NCBI GenBank assembly: GCA_964016885.1
Contig: OZ024758.1
Coordinates: 2,480,001 to 2,544,000, forward strand
Direction: 5' to 3'
DNA: 64,000 nucleotides
From: Eledone cirrhosa
Taxonomy: Eukaryota
The notes below the pieces were generated by a model. It was not told the origin of the DNA. It saw nothing but the letters and a program-made list of their open reading frames with translations, and searched no databases. The position numbers were made by a program, and so were the translations under genes. The stretch's first letter is position 1; the number at the start of each line of letters is the position of its first letter. This document shows, one piece after another, positions 51,185 to 62,123 of this stretch.

Positions 51185-54100
51185 AACAAAACACAAGCTG
51201 AACGGCTAAAACACACAATAACAGTTAATATGAAAAGAACAACATACACAAAAGTCAACGCACTCTACAGACAAAAACGCATCAACGGTAAGGAAATCCG
51301 AAATCTCATCACAGCAAACGAGAGAGATGACTTCATGAGCGTCATCCGACGCGAAACGAAATATGCTCAAAACGAATGCTGTAGGCATTTCAAGAAGAAA
51401 TTAGAATGGATGAATAAGAAAAAACTACAAGAAAGGAAAATCGAATATTCTCAAAAATACCCAGATAACATCGACAACATCCGTATGAGTGATGTAAAAC
51501 TACCGGAAGAATTTACCAATGACCACACAGTAAATATCTATGGGAACACTTTAATCAGTGAACAAGAACAACAAATCCTAAAGTTACCACCAAAATTTGC
51601 CATCTACAAAAAGATTAATCCTATGGAATGCAAAACGGAGCTGGAAAAGTGTTTCACAAAAATACGTTGGAATGCAAAGGTAAACAACAACAACAATAAT
51701 AACGGTAGTAGTAATATAAACAATAACTCTGGGTATAGAAATAACAGCCATAACCATAACAATGGCAGGAAAGTGAGAAATAGTGATAATGGTAATAATA
51801 CTAGCGATAGACAGAACAACAACAACCACAATAATAATAATAATAGAAACGTTAACCACAGACACAGCAACAGTGACCACAGTAGTAATAACGGTAACAA
51901 TACGAACAACAACAACAACAATAACCACAGTGGTAATAATGGAAATAGTACATGTAGCAACATCAACAAAAACAAGAAACATAATAATAGTAACAACCAC
52001 AATGGTAGAAATAGCAGTAACAACAACAACAATAACGGTGAAGTAAACAACAATACATCTAGCAATCATAACAATAATAATATTAATGCTAAGGATAGAA
52101 ACAACAACAACCACCATGATAACAATAATAGCAACACACACAACTATGACGATAGAAATAACGACAACCCCTTAGAGAAACTATTTTTCAACCCAGCTGA
52201 CAAAACATATAAGATGGGTAATATCTATCCTACGAGGTTACCCTTTAATAAAAGAGTTTGCATACCACAACAAATAGATGACGAGACGGAGGCACAGTTC
52301 ACCATAGCTAGAAATAAGATTAGACAAGTAGTAGACAGGTACACTATGAGACAGAGCAGACCAGAGGCCCAACAACTTGGGATAAAACCTGTAGAAGGCT
52401 TGGTTAGCCTCAAGCAGCGCACAAGGGATGGTGAGGTAGTGTGTCTACCCACAGATAAGTCTGGTAGGATGTCAATAGATAGCATGCCGAACTACATCGA
52501 GGCAATGCAACCCCACATCACCAACACGAGCGAAGTTGCACAACTAACACACGATGGGAGAGAAAAAATCCTCAACGCTCACATGATGATGTGGACTGAC
52601 ATCCTAAAGCCAAGCAGACGCACTGCCAACAACTTCCAGGCGTCTAACAATGGCATACCACCCTTGTATGGGCTCCGCAAAGACCACAAGACAGTCGACG
52701 ACCCGACAATAGGACCACCAACAAGACCTGTATGCGGAGCTAATATAGCTAGCAACTACAGGATCTCCTACTTCCTCTCAATGGTTATACGCCCCATAAT
52801 CAAGATGTCCCCAGATGTATGTGAAAGTACAGAGGACCTCCTCAGCAGAATCAGTGAGTGCAACAAAAACAGGAGCCTATCCAACTGCATAATAGGCAGC
52901 ATGGATGTGGTGTCACTGTACCCATCCATTAACATTGATTTTGCTGTGAAAAGATGTGTGGAGATGATCATTGAGAGTGAGGTGGAGTTCTGCGACGTCG
53001 ACACAGACGAACTAGGCCTCCTACTTAGACTTACCTACGACACTGACTACCTAGACAGCCATGACCTTAGATGTTTCTGCCCTAGTAGACCTATAAGAGG
53101 TAGACCCCCCACCATAACCTCAATGGCTAAAAAGACTCCCATAGGAAGGTGGATTGGGTGGACCAAAGCTATACGGACCCCCCAAAACACTGATCAGGTA
53201 AGAAAAATGGTCGCACATGCAATAGGGGCTAGTATCAAAACTACCCTAAAGGGCCACATATTTAAGTTCAATGAGAAAATCTACACCCAAAATGAGGGAG
53301 CAGCCATCGGCGTCAGCATAGCTGGCGATGTTGCCAACCTTTTCATGGTATGGTGGGAAAGGAGACTTAAAGATCTCCTTAATGAAAGCTCCATAGACCT
53401 CATCATGTACTCTCGTTATGTAGACGATATCAATATAGTTATAAGAACACCCCCACTAGAGAGCACTAACAAGTTTGATTTAGAACGTAGCACGATGGAA
53501 AGCATCCAGCAGATAGCTAATTCCATACACCAGAGTATAACTGTAACTATAGACTTCCCTTCCAAACACCCTAACAATAGACTACCTGTATTAGACACAG
53601 AACTCTGGATTAACACTATAGACGAGAGAGCCCAAATTCTCCACTCACACTATGCTAAACCCATGGCCTCCAAATACCTGATACTCAAAAACTCAGCAAT
53701 GTCCAGTAGTGCTAAGTTTAATATTCTGATCGCAGATTTGGTACGAGTGATGAAGAATGTGTCCAGCATGTGCGACCCAACAGAAATGGAAGGACACATC
53801 CAACACTTCATCAACCGCATGCAGTTCTCTGGCTACAACCAAAGAGACAGAGTCAGAGTATACGAAGGAGCCATGGAAAAGTATAAGACCCTCATAGAAC
53901 TGGACATGAAAGGAATTTGCCCACTATACAGGAGCAAATCATGGAATAGCTTAGATAGGGCTAGACATAAGATAGGGAAGGCCACATCATGGTACGACAA
54001 CCAGAGATATCAGAGTGTCATGTTTGTGGACGCCACCCCTGGAGGGAAATTAGCTAACCAGTGTAGAAAGGCCCTGAGAAAGACCCACTTAAAAATAAAG

Positions 54101-54574
54101 GTGGTAGAAAAGCCAGGAACCACCATAAAATCCCTGATCAGCAAAACCTACCCTTTTAAGAAAACCCACTGTACCAATAGGAAATGTATCATATGTAAGG
54201 TGAACCCCCGGATAAACTGTAAAACTAGAAACGTAGTCTATAGCATAAGATGTACAGAGGGTACTTGCAGAAACACGACAACAACATACATAGGTGAGAC
54301 AGCTCGTAGCATAGGTGAAAGGATAGACCAACACTGGGGGGAACTAAAAGGACGAAAAAACGGGTCAGTACTATACGAACATGCTAGACAACATCATGAC
54401 GGTAACATAGACAACATAGAAATTAGAATAATATCTAAACATAGGAATGACCCAGCAGATAGGCAAATCAGAGAGGCCAGTGAAATAGAAATTAGAAGAC
54501 CAAAGCTAAACAGAAAGAATGAGTGGAACAACAACAACACCCAAACAAACAACACTGACCTAAGAGAAGTATAA
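51083..54574 (+). CDS. Penelope-like reverse transcriptase / GIY-YIG endonuclease polyprotein (1163-codon open frame)
   Basis: PTDKSG, LYGLRKDHK, RPVCGA, GSMDVVSLYPSI, QNEGAAIG...ANLFM, YSRYVDDI, LPVLD, HYAKPMAS, CTNRKCIIC linker, NVVYSIRC...YIGETARSIGERIDQH, RQIREASEI...LNRKNEW. Codons before 51185 derive from the inverted arm. Confidence 0.93.
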   Translation: MMRSMELSLRRSLSLLSHHTMKRLATSPAMLTPMNKTQAERLKHTITVNMKRTTYTKVNALYRQKRINGKEIRNLITANERDDFMSVIRRETKYAQNECCRHFKKKLEWMNKKKLQERKIEYSQKYPDNIDNIRMSDVKLPEEFTNDHTVNIYGNTLISEQEQQILKLPPKFAIYKKINPMECKTELEKCFTKIRWNAKVNNNNNNNGSSNINNNSGYRNNSHNHNNGRKVRNSDNGNNTSDRQNNNNHNNNNNRNVNHRHSNSDHSSNNGNNTNNNNNNNHSGNNGNSTCSNINKNKKHNNSNNHNGRNSSNNNNNNGEVNNNTSSNHNNNNINAKDRNNNNHHDNNNSNTHNYDDRNNDNPLEKLFFNPADKTYKMGNIYPTRLPFNKRVCIPQQIDDETEAQFTIARNKIRQVVDRYTMRQSRPEAQQLGIKPVEGLVSLKQRTRDGEVVCLPTDKSGRMSIDSMPNYIEAMQPHITNTSEVAQLTHDGREKILNAHMMMWTDILKPSRRTANNFQASNNGIPPLYGLRKDHKTVDDPTIGPPTRPVCGANIASNYRISYFLSMVIRPIIKMSPDVCESTEDLLSRISECNKNRSLSNCIIGSMDVVSLYPSINIDFAVKRCVEMIIESEVEFCDVDTDELGLLLRLTYDTDYLDSHDLRCFCPSRPIRGRPPTITSMAKKTPIGRWIGWTKAIRTPQNTDQVRKMVAHAIGASIKTTLKGHIFKFNEKIYTQNEGAAIGVSIAGDVANLFMVWWERRLKDLLNESSIDLIMYSRYVDDINIVIRTPPLESTNKFDLERSTMESIQQIANSIHQSITVTIDFPSKHPNNRLPVLDTELWINTIDERAQILHSHYAKPMASKYLILKNSAMSSSAKFNILIADLVRVMKNVSSMCDPTEMEGHIQHFINRMQFSGYNQRDRVRVYEGAMEKYKTLIELDMKGICPLYRSKSWNSLDRARHKIGKATSWYDNQRYQSVMFVDATPGGKLANQCRKALRKTHLKIKVVEKPGTTIKSLISKTYPFKKTHCTNRKCIICKVNPRINCKTRNVVYSIRCTEGTCRNTTTTYIGETARSIGERIDQHWGELKGRKNGSVLYEHARQHHDGNIDNIEIRIISKHRNDPADRQIREASEIEIRRPKLNRKNEWNNNNTQTNNTDLREV

Positions 54575-54834
54575 ATAAATAAGTAAATTAAATTAAATAA
54601 AATAAGATAAATAAATACATACACAAGCACATAAACACACACTAGTCACCCAGCAGACACAACACGATACACACTAGTCACACATCACACATAACACTAT
54701 ACACACACGCAAACGCATGCGCAAAGAAGACAAAATAAAATAAGATAAACAAACAAGCAAATAAATAAATAAATATATAGACAGACTGAACAAAAAAAAT
54801 GGCGTAGACATACAACACAACAGGAGGAACAATG

Positions 54835-54913
54835 AATATAACACCACTGACGATGTTGCAGATGTGCAACGAAAGATTTATGTAAACTATATATATATGT
54901 GTTTGTCTATATT
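54835..54913 (+). ncRNA. Hammerhead ribozyme motif (type I) in the Penelope 3' region; mirrored at ~49576-49654 on -
   Basis: CTGACGA-T-GTTGCA(GATG)TGCAAC-GAAA-GATTTATGTAAAC-TA; distal stem I AATATA/TATATT and ACAC/GTGT; proximal stem I weak. Confidence 0.65.
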
Positions 54914-55087
54914 GTATCTGTATTATTTTTGACCGCCGGTCAGTCAATGGCAACATTGAGGACCGAGTAAGTTAGATCGCAGATATATATATATAAAAGA
55001 CAGCGAGAAGCGAAAACCAACCAAACAGTGAGTGTGTTCTGTTATTAATTCTGGCAATATTACGCAAATATGACCCTCCCCAAATAT

Positions 55088-55126
<39 letters not shown>

Positions 55127-55338
55127 ACTGTTGGTCAATCAATGATAAATATTGATTGGTAGCTAAATTAACTACAGGGATATAAAATATACTGAAGCAA
55201 AATCCAACCCAAACCAAACAGTGAGTGTATTTTATTATATATTTCTGGCAATATTATCACAATATGACCCTCCCCAAACATAACAATATTTGTTTCAACA
55301 CACGACTTCATATAAAAAACCTTGCGAAACAAATTCAA

Positions 55339-55372
<34 letters not shown>

Positions 55373-55997
55373 GAGTATGCACACAAACATACGCACATAT
55401 ATTTTATGAAGGAAATAAGATTATTTCTCACTTCTGCCAGTTGTACTCGTAAACATAATCAGATAATAGTTTAAATATGCTTAAATAAATCAGATATGGA
55501 AAGCTAAAGGTCATTTCCTCACAAAACCAGTGGGTCGCAATGAATCTGAGTTTGCTTTTACATTCTCTTATTAGTAATTCTCACTCTGGTCACCTGCAGG
55601 CAATGTCTAAATGCATCAACAAACTCTGCTATTATCGCCACAGTGTACAGAATATTTCGATTTTCTCCTTACGGGTAAAAATTGTTTCCGCACTTTGCAG
55701 TTCGCTAACCATCTATAATTACAGGTGAAATCTTATCCCAATTAATTTTCCTCCAGCCTCAGTGGTGAATTGCCAATCATTGATTATAAGCAGCGCATCA
55801 ACCACAATCAGCATAACATGAACAAGAACAACAACCATACTAGCTACAACAACTACAACTACAACAACTACAAACAAAAAAAAGAAAGAAAATGAAAGTT
55901 AGTATAAAGTAATTTTATGATGAAGCTGGTTATTCTGCTTCACTATCTTTAGCTCCTCACGATGGAATAACTGTTCAGATTTTACATAAAATTCCCC

Positions 55998-56118
55998 CTT
56001 TACGGTCTGAGTTCAAATCCCGCCGATGTTAACTTTATATTTCATCCTTACGGGGTCGATAAAATAAAGTACCAGTAATGTACTGGGATAATTGCTGGCC
56101 TTGTGCCAAAAGTAGAAA
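55998..56118 (+). mobile_element. SINE (same family), 5'-truncated
   Basis: ggtctgagttcaaatcccgccg...ccaaaagtagaaa. Confidence 0.75.
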
Positions 56119-57551
56119 CAATTATTATTTCGGTCGTTATTTGACGAATTTTTCTATTGGCATTTGCTCATTGCTAATGTCTGATAGCCACACCCATAAA
56201 TTATTCAGTAAAAGAATTTTTCTCTGCAGCTATCGGCCAGCTTTCTTGTAAATTACCTCTTTGGAGATTTTCCCTCTTATCACTAATATCTTTGAAGAGC
56301 CGGCAACTATCACTTTAAATTATAACTTTCTAGCTGTCGCATCAAAAAGTGGCTGTTTTTGATAGACTAGCTCAGGGCATCATTGTTTCTCCCCACTTCC
56401 CATTGTCCAGTTTCCATTTGAAAAATATGACACACACATTTCTCCATATTATAATTTATTCTTACTGCAACAGGAATAGAATGTGTTGTATTCATTTTAT
56501 GAAATATCTCCATATTGATCTTATATTAATTGATTTTCACTTGATCAACTTTATGACTAGCTTATTATAGATTGAACCATGCTCAGTATATAACTGGTAC
56601 CTATTCCCTCTTTTACTTTCTATGGAACGATGAAAGGAAACTAACACAAGGAAGATAACATATGGGAATAATTAGTAAAAAGACCTTGGTAAGACCTTGG
56701 TCTAATCAAATATATTATTAGAGCCCTCAGTCTAACTAAATATATTTACTAAAGCTCCTGGTCGAATCAATTATACAGTAAGTTCCCCCCAAATGTATAC
56801 ACACTTCAACAGCATTCTAATCAAAGTGTGTATACATTTTTTTGTGACACGCTGTATTTACTAAAGCTAAGTCTAAGCTAAATCTAATCATATACATTTA
56901 CTGAAGCAGTTGGTCTGACCAAATATATTTACTAAAACCCTCAGACTAACCAAATATATTTATTAAAACCGTCAGGCTAACCAAATATATTTATTAAAAC
57001 CGTCAGACTAACCAAATATATCAACTGTCTCAATTTCTCTATTATATATTGGAATATATTAGTGTTTATACTACTACTTTCGTGCCCTAATGTACACGAA
57101 GCAATATCATTACTCGAACATATTAGCTATATATAAATCATCAATAGTTTCATATACTTAACTAATTATTCTCCATATTTTAAAATCAATATTAAGAACT
57201 TAGTTAATGGAGAATTGTTTCAATATATACTTTCAGAAATAACTTATATTAATATTTTCCCAACTTAATTTCGTTTTGTATTCCAAATTTTAATGTTCTA
57301 GTCTACTTTAAGAAGATACTTATAGAGCTCTAGCTAAAGAGGTAGCCTATACGTGACAGCAACACGGCTAGAAACAGCAGTTACATTTTCCTTAAGTCAT
57401 ATCCAGCTGTCTTAAAGGGTCCACTGGAAAATGTTGTCTTAGTTACACTGTCTGAATTAAAGACAGGATAGTCAACACTTAAGATGTCTTCAATCACGGT
57501 TGACATTGTGATGCACAACAACAACAACTACAACAACACTAATAATAATTA

Positions 57552-57736
57552 TTTCTACTTTTGGCACAAGGCCAGCAATTATCCCAGTGTATTACTGGTA
57601 CTTTATTTTATCGATCCCGTAAGGATAAAAGGCAAAGTTAACCTCGGCGGGATTTGAACTCAGACCACAAAGGGTCGTAACTCTTTGATGCAAAGCATGG
57701 TGTCCGACCCTCTACCGGTACTGCCAATCCACCGCC
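57552..57736 (-). mobile_element. SINE (same family), full length
   Basis: Full copy; flanking direct repeat acaacactaataataat. Confidence 0.8.
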
Positions 57737-59079
57737 CTTACAACACTAATAATAATAATAAGAAAAACAACTTCTAGGTCTTGTTGACCAGGACTGACTT
57801 AGATGAAAAATCGAATTAATATTTAGATATATATTACTATAACACATACACACTTATATATGGAATTAGTTGAGTTTTGGTGGTCAACACCTGAAGCTAT
57901 TTAATCACTGTATGATATATTGTAATACAATCTTTTGGTAGCATAAAAGACGCGATACTTTCAACTGCGGAATAAGCTGCGAATATAAAAATCTGGCAAC
58001 TATAACTTTGATAACTTCGATAGGTTTTCGGCCAGTAATGGCCCAGGCCATGTCTAACTTAACAGCACCATATAATTTACATTTTGGAAATTGTTTTTTT
58101 ATTGATTCCTGATTCCTAATCAAGAAAACAATCATTCTGTGAGAAAGAACAATCGATGATTAAATCGAATTGTAAATTTGATTGATACTATTTTTATCCA
58201 ATCCTGGAGGAATAAAAAAGAAAAACACAACAAAAAACATAAACAAAAACAGTCGACTTCGATAGGATTTGAACTCAGCATTCAGCTAAATATTTGTTCA
58301 ATAATCTATCGATTTTGTTAACATGCAGCCTCCTTCCTTCCCACAAAATATGAATCAATATATTTAGAAGAAAAATAGAAATAACATTGGAGAAGTCAAA
58401 CGTATAAATCAGTCAGTCACCTTTTGGCTGTAAGAAGAAGCAATGTGAAAGACGGACTTTCTATGTTGATAAGAAAGCTGAAACAAATACACTCGTAATG
58501 AATTGATTCAACGTTGAAGAATTTGGCAACTGAAGCAAATGTATTCCCAAACATATAAATAAACGAAAAAATGCAGCTAGTATTTTTGCTGTATTTATGA
58601 GATAAGCTATTCCTGTTATTACAAAAAGAAACAAAAACAGACAAACGAACAAACCAAAGTAAAAGGAAAACACGAAACGAAAAGCAACACCAACTAAAAT
58701 GCATTTCTATGACGCTCATCGTTATCGGGGTTGTTACTTATATAGCCGCACGGTAACAGACCCAGCCGCCATCTTTTCAACTAACGCTGCTTCCTCTTAA
58801 TGTGTACATTTAGTTCAAATATACAAATGTATTTCTACGAATAATCCTGATTTAATATGAAATTATTTTATTGTTTGATTTAAAAAAAATTATGGGTCGC
58901 CAAAATTACATTTATATCCGGTCTGAATTCTATTCTCTCACTTCTTTCTGTTCAAACCGGCCGTAACTGACTGCTAATACTGACGTTAAAGTATTGTTCT
59001 CAAAATAAATAACGTCCAAATCTCGTAGATTCGGTATTATGTGACATAATTATTTAAGATAAAGCCTTTACCACAAAAA

Positions 59080-59309
59080 TACAGAGTGGGCCAGAATTCA
59101 TGACTCGCTTGTTAGTTATATTTCTTAACATGCTTATTTTATTGTTATTGTAATATTTTAATTTATTATGTTATTTCTTAATATGCTTAGCAGGTTTCTT
59201 AATTTATATTTCTATTTCTTAATATATATTCCTTAACTTGTTTTATAACATTTTGTGTTAATGGATCTATAAATAATCAAGTGAGTAAGGAATTCTGGTC
59301 CACCCGGTA
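59080..59309. mobile_element. TA-flanked mariner-type MITE nested in a piggyBac-type MITE (58915-59376)
   Basis: TA|CAGAGTGGGCCAGAATTCATGACTCGCTTG ... CAAGTGAGTAAGGAATTCTGGTCCACCCGG|TA. Confidence 0.62.
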
Positions 59310-59516
59310 TCTTTGTGGTAAAGGCTTTATCTTAAATAATTATCAATTCTAGAGTAAAGTGAATGCTAAAGGGTTAAGGGAGATTGTTACTAATCTTAAG
59401 TTGTATAAGTAAAATAATGAATATTTTTGTATGTCGGGGAACAAGTTTTTTTAAAAACAAATATTGAAGATACGAGTTTTCTAGCTTGCTTTTTCTTCTC
59501 GCATTTCCCTTATCAG

Positions 59517-59743
59517 AACTTTATATATATAACTTTATATATATATATATATATATAACTTTATATATATATATATATATATAACTTTATATATATATAT
59601 ATATATATAACTTTATATATATATATATATAACTTTATATATATATATATAACTTTATATATATATATATATATAACTTTATATATATATATATATATAA
59701 CTTTATATATATATATATAACTTTATATATATATATATATATA

Positions 59744-59810
<67 letters not shown>

Positions 59811-59842
59811 CTTTATATATAACTTTATATATATATATAACT
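59517..59842. repeat. Compound minisatellite AACTTT(AT)n
   Basis: Repeated aacttt followed by variable (at)n. Confidence 0.9.
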
Positions 59843-60076
59843 TCCTAGGTCTGTAAATATTTCTAAACGTTCACTGTGTCTTATCGTTTCTTAGAGCTGG
59901 CTTTGTATAAATGTCTTAGAATTATAGGAATGAATCCTGGGGACACACAAAGACACACACATACACATACACACACATATATAGGACTCTCACACGCACA
60001 CACACACACAGACACAGACACTGTGTGTTAGAATTATAGGAATGGAACCTGGACTCACACGCACACACACACGCAT

Positions 60077-60204
<128 letters not shown>

Positions 60205-60715
60205 GTTCAGAACTAGCTGTCGAGACGGCCAGAGCTCAGCCGTCGGGTTCCTGACTCTTTTTCTATAAGTATATACATGTATTTGTGTCTATCAATCTAC
60301 ATAACAATGAACAGTCACCATTTTGATTCTGTACAACTATTTTGTCTTAACTGTTTTTTCGGTAATATTTAACAAATTCCTTTATTAGTATTGCTAGTAT
60401 CATTTTTCGTTGTTTTTTTCTTGTTTTGTTGTTTTAATTACTGTTTTTATTATTATTATTATTTGTTTTTTCAATAATTGTTATTTTTTCTAGAAGTGTT
60501 GATGAAATTTGTTTTATGTCATCTTTCCAATTCCTCTATTTTAATCATCATCTCTTCAACTGAAATATAAATTATTACAACATTAGTGTGAAGAAAACAA
60601 TTTTTATTTAACATAGTCTTAAATTTAAATAAACGAATTATATTTTAGTGTGAGAAAGAATTAGTTGTTCACGCTATTAAAGTCAGATGTCATATTTAAA
60701 TCTACAATTTAATTG

Positions 60716-60900
60716 TTTCTACTTTTAGCACAAGGCCAACAATTAGCCCAGTACATTACTGGTACTTTATTTTATCGTCCCCGTAAGGATGAAAGGCAAA
60801 GTTAACCTCGGCGGGATTTGAGCTCAGACCATAAAGGGCCGTAACTCTATGCTGCAAAGCATGGCGTCCGACCTTCTACCGATACTGCCAATCCACCGCC
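60716..60900 (-). mobile_element. SINE (same family), full length
   Basis: Full copy; TSD tacaatttaat (60703-60713, 60901-60911). Confidence 0.82.
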
Positions 60901-60952
60901 TACAATTTAATACTTATACAGACAGCGTTCTCAACTAAAGGTACGAAAATCC

Positions 60953-61217
60953 TTAACACTTTAGCATTAAAACCGGCCATATCCGGCTAGAATTCTCTCA
61001 GCTCTTTCTCTTCACACCGGCCATAACCGGCTGCTCATACTTATGTTAAGGTATTGTTCTTGAAATAAATAATATCAAAATCTCATAGATTTGATATTAT
61101 GTGAGATAATTATGTGAAATAAAGGGTCTGCCGTGAAAATATAATAGTAAATATAGAGTAATGTAAATACTAAAGGGTTAATAGTAAATATAGAGTAATG
61201 TAAATACTAAAGGGTTA
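60953..61217 (-). mobile_element. piggyBac-type MITE with duplicated terminus
   Basis: ttaacactttagcatt ... aatagtaaatatagagtaatgtaaatactaaagggtta present twice. Confidence 0.7.
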
Positions 61218-61619
61218 GTCCACCAGATATAACTCGGAGGAGGCCAGCTAAACATGCATAGGTGCGAGCTGTAACAACAACGTGTTGTATATTCTCTACA
61301 ATTTCTCACAGAGACCCTTGTGGTGAGGTAGAGTCACAGGCGAGTTTATTTTAATCTCTACATTGTACTTCACAGTAGCTGTAAGGATTATAGGACTGGC
61401 TGGATATTTGTTATCTCAGAATATATTTTTTTAGGTGATTTATTTTGTTTTTATGTATAAAGGAGGTTAATTAGTGCAGCTTGTGTCTCTCCAACGCTGT
61501 AAGCCAGTGGTTCTTGAAAAGTTTGAAAATATAATTTAAGGCATTAGAAAATTCCTACTAAAGATTCAAAGTCTTTAAAAAGATTTTATTCATTGATTCA
61601 TTAGACACAAGTATGAAAA

Positions 61620-61667
<48 letters not shown>

Positions 61668-61941
61668 ATAATGATAATGAAAAGAATCTGTTAAGGAATG
61701 GTTTACGTTTTTTTTCTAAAACATCTATTTTTAAATACTCCTTGAGAGGTGCCGCAGTAAATTATATTTAATATCACGTGTACTGAGATTTTAAAGGATC
61801 TCAGAACAACTGCTGTAGGCATTTGACAATCCCATTCTTAACAATGTGTCGATGTTAACTCTTATACTTTAGCAGTGACATCATTTGTATAATGTTATCT
61901 AATGATGTGGCTAACATTTCTGGAAATAATAATCGTATTAG

Positions 61942-62034
<93 letters not shown>

Positions 62035-62083
62035 ATATAATATATATAATATATATATAATATATATATATAATACACACACG

Positions 62084-62123
<40 letters not shown>

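Larger units (their letters stand above)
49339..55095 (+). mobile_element. Penelope-like retroelement (Naiad-like), 5'-truncated with a large inverted duplication of its 3' part
   Basis: RT + GIY-YIG ORF; arms 49394-51184 and 53305-55095 are reverse complements; (TA)n tracts on both flanks; HHR motif in the 3' UTR. Confidence 0.92.

Noticed and set aside
49915-51258. Independent second RT/endonuclease gene
   Set aside because: An exact inverted copy of part of the same element.
51083-54574. Selenoprotein-type Naiad element (in-frame UGA + SECIS)
   Set aside because: The frame is open with no internal TGA and ends in TAA; no selenocysteine recoding is needed.
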